The notes beneath the pieces are model-generated. The model ran no database searches, was not told the origin of the DNA, and saw only the letters and a list, made by a program, of their open reading frames with translations. From Promethearchaeia archaeon (GTDB lineage Archaea > Asgardarchaeota > Lokiarchaeia > Sigyniarchaeales > SOKP01): a DNA stretch of 29,982 nt. The stretch is from the NCBI GenBank assembly GCA_029856105.1, contig JAHQWH010000123.1, positions 1 to 29,982 of the forward strand. The letters are read 5' to 3'. Below, in pieces: positions 26,357-29,982 of this stretch (position 1 is the stretch's first letter; the number at the start of each line of letters is the position of its first letter). The position numbers were made by a program, and so were the translations under genes.

Positions 26357-26941
26357 GTGATAGATATGGCTAATTGTATTATTTGTCATTTAGATATTAT
26401 TGAAGGAGTAGATTCTTTCCAGGAGTGCCCTAACGGTCACCCTACTCATACCGACTGCTTGAAAGAATGGCTACTTCACGCTTCAAACTGTCCTTTATGT
26501 AGAGAACCGTACTCGAGTCACATTATTGAAGTCTTTAAAGATTTTATTCAGCAAAAAGATCGAGAAAAACAAGAAGCTTTAGAAAACGAACTAAAGCAAG
26601 AAAAAGTCAAACAGATGGGGAAAATTGCTGAAAAAATGATATTTCTGAAATTCATTGAATCTATTGAGGTATTAATGGATGCGAAAGAATACGAGTATGC
26701 TCTATCAAGGTTAGATTTACACGATAACGGGGCTACTTCAAATCAAAAAAGTCGAAACTTGTTATTTCTAAAGGGAAAGATTAATTACTTGAAAGGTCGT
26801 TATGATATGGCAATTAACTTATTAACTAAATTAGTAAAAGATAAATACGACTATCCAGAAGGGTTTTTATATCTGGGAAAAGCCTATGAGGCTTTAGGTT
26901 TAAAAGATCAAGCCAGGTGGGCGTTTGATAGAATTAATTAA
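26357..26941 (+). CDS. RING-H2 finger - coiled coil - TPR protein, putative E3 ligase (likely start ATG 26366)
   Basis: CIIC...CPNGHPTHTDCLKEW...CPLCR (C3H2C3 with conserved W); TPR-like LFLKGKINYLKGRYDMAI and FLYLGKAYEALGLKDQA. Confidence 0.88.
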   Translation: MIDMANCIICHLDIIEGVDSFQECPNGHPTHTDCLKEWLLHASNCPLCREPYSSHIIEVFKDFIQQKDREKQEALENELKQEKVKQMGKIAEKMIFLKFIESIEVLMDAKEYEYALSRLDLHDNGATSNQKSRNLLFLKGKINYLKGRYDMAINLLTKLVKDKYDYPEGFLYLGKAYEALGLKDQARWAFDRIN

Positions 26942-26967
26942 GTTTTGATTTTTATTAATAATATAAA

Positions 26968-28368
26968 ATGAAACTTTTTTGTTTATCTATTGCAGGTTCA
27001 GATCCCACAAGTGGAGCGGGGATTCAAGCGGATATTAGAACGTTTGATAGGTGTGGAGTACACCCTTTTTCTGTAATAACAGCTATTACTTATCAATCAG
27101 CAACAGAATTTTATGGATATAAATCTCTCTCAGATGATTTAAATAAACAGCTAGATGCTATTTTTACTTCTTATCCTATTAAGTATGTTAAAATAGGGAT
27201 GATTCCCGATGCCAAAGCGTTAGATATTATCGTAGATGTAGTTAGAAAACACGAATTAATCGTTGTTTTGGACCCTGTTTCTATCTCTAGCGCGAGTGAA
27301 AGACTCTCGAGCGAAGGATTCGAATTAGAAATAGAAAGAAGTTTGTTTCCGTATATAAAAATCCTTACACCAAATATAAATGAAGCCAGTTTTTATGCGA
27401 ATCGAGATTTATTAAGTAAAACTACAGATAATATTACTGAGCTCAAAGAAGCAGCAATAATATTGGTAAAAAAGTTATATTCTGATGATCAGGCATTGGA
27501 TACGGAGAAAGCTGTTGTTATTAAAAGTGCAGGAACTAAACAGGGAGAGCTTTTCGATCTAGTGTGTATCAGTAAAGGAATAGGTTCCATCGATAATTAT
27601 GAATTTACGTTATATAAAAAGCCAAAACTATCATTTAATGGAAATGTCCACGGAACGGGATGCGTTTTTTCTTCTGCTATAACTGCTTTTCTTGCTAAAG
27701 GAAATCCCTTAGCTATGGCCATTGAAAAAGCAGAAAGATTTTTTGATGCTAAATTTCAGAAGTTTGTTAAATTACCCAATAAAGGTAAAGTAATAGATTT
27801 AACTATTTCAGATAAAAGAGTGGAAGTTATAAATCAAATTAAGGAAATCTACAATTTCATCTCTAAATCTAAAAAATTTAGCAAATTAATTCCTGAAGTT
27901 AGAATGAATATATCTGGTTCCCTACATAACGCTACTTCAAAAAAGGACATCGCAGGTATTGAAGGTAGAATTACAATTATCAATGGTTATCCACAAGCTT
28001 CCGGAGAAATAAAGTTTGGCGTTTCAAATCATACCGCTCGATTAATTCTCTCGGCGAAAGAGTTCGATAATTCAATTAATTACGTAATAAATCTTAAATA
28101 TAATCCAACTTGGATAGATTTAATTCAGCAAAACACTGATTTAGAATTACAGGAGATTATTAGAGATGATCAACCGGAAAAGATTAAAAAACAAGAATTT
28201 TCAACTATGCAATGGTTAATTAAAGAAAGCATTACTAGCAAAGGTAAAATACCAGATATTATTTGGGATAAAGGAGCAATGGGGAAGGAACCGATAATTA
28301 GATTATTTAGTAAAAATTCGAAAGATATGGTAGAAAAACTCAAAAAAATTATAGAAATAATATCTTAG
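26968..28368 (+). CDS. thiDN: Bifunctional HMP(-P) kinase / thiamine-phosphate synthase ThiDN
   Basis: SIAGSDPTSGAGIQAD, KIGM, DPV, TPNINEA, HGTGC; ThiN domain LIPEVRMNI...IEGRI...FGVSNHTAR...GKEP. Confidence 0.93.
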   Translation: MKLFCLSIAGSDPTSGAGIQADIRTFDRCGVHPFSVITAITYQSATEFYGYKSLSDDLNKQLDAIFTSYPIKYVKIGMIPDAKALDIIVDVVRKHELIVVLDPVSISSASERLSSEGFELEIERSLFPYIKILTPNINEASFYANRDLLSKTTDNITELKEAAIILVKKLYSDDQALDTEKAVVIKSAGTKQGELFDLVCISKGIGSIDNYEFTLYKKPKLSFNGNVHGTGCVFSSAITAFLAKGNPLAMAIEKAERFFDAKFQKFVKLPNKGKVIDLTISDKRVEVINQIKEIYNFISKSKKFSKLIPEVRMNISGSLHNATSKKDIAGIEGRITIINGYPQASGEIKFGVSNHTARLILSAKEFDNSINYVINLKYNPTWIDLIQQNTDLELQEIIRDDQPEKIKKQEFSTMQWLIKESITSKGKIPDIIWDKGAMGKEPIIRLFSKNSKDMVEKLKKIIEIIS

Positions 28369-28376
28369 AATTTTAT

Positions 28377-29696
28377 TTATAATATCTTTTTAGATGCTTT
28401 CTTATCTAAGGCATCTTTTAAGATCTTAATCGCGCAAAATTCACCACACATACTGCATACATCATCATCGTCGTCAACATTTCCATTTCTAAAATGAATT
28501 TCGCGAGATAATTCTGGATCGATTGATTGTTTTATCATTCCTTCCCAATCCAGATTTTTACGGGCCATATCCATTTTAAAATCCCAATCTGATGCTCTTT
28601 TACCATATTTTGCAATATTTACTGCGTGAGCTGCAATTTTCGAAGCAATTGTTCCTCTTTTAACTTCTTCCTTATTGGGTAATGCTAAATGCTCAGAGGG
28701 AGTAACGTAACAGAGATAATCTGCTCCAGCCATACCAGCCATTACACCTCCTATCGCACTTACGATGTGATCGTAACCCGGAGCTATATCAGTTACTAAT
28801 GGTCCTAAAACATAAAAAGGTGCCCCATCACATAAAGATTTCATAATTTTTATGTTACGTTCTATTTCATTAGCGGGTATATGCCCCGGACCTTCCACCA
28901 TTACTTGGACATTCTGTGACCAAGCGCGCTTTACCAATTTTGATATTTCAACTAATTCTTGAATTTGGGCATAATCCGTGGAATCAAATATACTACCTGG
29001 TCTCATCCCATCTCCAAGTGAGAGGGTGAAATCGTATTCTTTCGCCATTTCTAATAAATAATCGTAATTACTATTGAATGGGTTTTCTAAATCGTTCTCA
29101 AGAATCCAAGCTGCTAAAAAAGTCCCTCCGCGAGATACAACCCCCATGTTTCTCGGATGATCTTTTAGGTAGTTTACGATATTTTTAGTAACTCCAACAT
29201 GAATTGTAAAAAAGTCCACGCCTTCTTTAGCCTGTTCTTCTACTACATTAAAGAGGTCATCTTCGTCAAAGTTAATAATAGCTCCTTTTTTTTCTAACGC
29301 TCTTAACGCGGATTGGTAAATAGGAACCGTTCCTAAAGGGACTTTAATTTCTTTTAAAATTTGTTTTCGAATGTTCTTCACATCTTCCTCGGTTACTCCG
29401 GTGCTTAAGTCCATGATGGTATCTGCTCCATACTTTACAGCGATCTTGGCTTTTTCTAATTCTTCGTTAATATCGCATACTCGTTTGCTGGAGCCTATGT
29501 TAGCGTTAACTTTTATTAATAATCCAGCTCCGATTCCCATAGGTTCTGTATCGCGTTGGTTGGATTTTGGAACAATAATACGACCTTTTGCGATTCCTTT
29601 TCGGAGGAATTCTACATCTAATTGTTCTTTTTTCGCAACAAACTCCATTTCTTTGGTGATTTTACCATCTCGAGCGATTTTCATTAATGTGGACAA
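28377..29696 (-). CDS. thiC: Phosphomethylpyrimidine synthase ThiC
   Basis: KVNANIGSS, DTIMDLST, GTVPIYQ, VSRGG, SLGDGMRPG, EGPGH, CSMCGEFC; TTG start. Confidence 0.96.
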   Translation of the reverse strand: MSTLMKIARDGKITKEMEFVAKKEQLDVEFLRKGIAKGRIIVPKSNQRDTEPMGIGAGLLIKVNANIGSSKRVCDINEELEKAKIAVKYGADTIMDLSTGVTEEDVKNIRKQILKEIKVPLGTVPIYQSALRALEKKGAIINFDEDDLFNVVEEQAKEGVDFFTIHVGVTKNIVNYLKDHPRNMGVVSRGGTFLAAWILENDLENPFNSNYDYLLEMAKEYDFTLSLGDGMRPGSIFDSTDYAQIQELVEISKLVKRAWSQNVQVMVEGPGHIPANEIERNIKIMKSLCDGAPFYVLGPLVTDIAPGYDHIVSAIGGVMAGMAGADYLCYVTPSEHLALPNKEEVKRGTIASKIAAHAVNIAKYGKRASDWDFKMDMARKNLDWEGMIKQSIDPELSREIHFRNGNVDDDDDVCSMCGEFCAIKILKDALDKKASKKIL

Positions 29697-29945
29697 ATTT
29701 TTAGACCTTCTCGTAATGTGTTTATTCTTCTACTAACGATTAAATATCAATTATCTAATACCAATTAATAATAATTGAAATAAATTGTTTTGTTTAATAA
29801 AAAATAATAAATCACCACTTCAGAAATATTTTTGTAATTATATCAATTTATAATTACAAGGAATTTTTGGAACTTCAAAAAAATTTCAAATAACTATTAT
29901 TTTTTTATCAATTTTGAATACATACATAAATTAGAGGAAAAAAGA

Positions 29946-29982
29946 ATGAATATACCTGAGAGTAAAGTTGAGATCGGTGGAT
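29946..29982 (+). CDS. Possible start of a CDS running off the window
   Basis: GAGG then ATG; MNIPESKVEIGG open to the edge. Confidence 0.4.
   Translation, partial: MNIPESKVEIGG

Noticed and set aside
684-29736. Short opposite-strand ORFs nested in larger genes (e.g. 684-878, 7607-7927, 8366-8680, 14507-15004, 17551-17865, 22006-22299, 24906-25205, 29371-29736)
   Set aside because: They lie antisense to well-supported CDSs and have no recognisable motifs
29697-29982. TPP riboswitch upstream of thiC
   Set aside because: The region is very AT-rich and I see no TPP aptamer consensus on the thiC strand; CTGAGA near the edge is on the other strand, inside a probable CDS start

Overview
AT-rich archaeal DNA, most likely from an Asgard archaeon (Lokiarchaeia-like). 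This is inferred from an archaeal histone, an Sm/Lsm protein, ThiDN, an intron-like insertion in a tRNA, and several eukaryotic-signature-type proteins (longin-like, roadblock-Rab-like GTPase fusions, RING-H2). Metabolic genes are dpaL, glycerate kinase, lpdA, an IorB-like protein, AOR plus a MoaD-like protein, a leuB-family dehydrogenase, thiDN and thiC. A tnpB-only IS200/IS605 element carries an in-frame TGA. The best candidate for an undescribed system is a compact cluster at about 4.1-9.0 kb: a stand-alone longin-like protein, an FG-GAP/WD beta-propeller (BBS2/ITFG2-like motifs) with tandem winged helices, a large cytoplasmic protein with a mu-homology-like domain plus Ig-like sandwiches, and an unannotated CPxCG zinc-ribbon microprotein. 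These resemble parts of a vesicle adaptor/coat-like module. A second candidate is a tandem pair of roadblock-GTPase-pseudoGTPase paralogues with an altered G3 motif, divergent from a RING-TPR gene. All family assignments are by-eye motif recognition; no database search was run.
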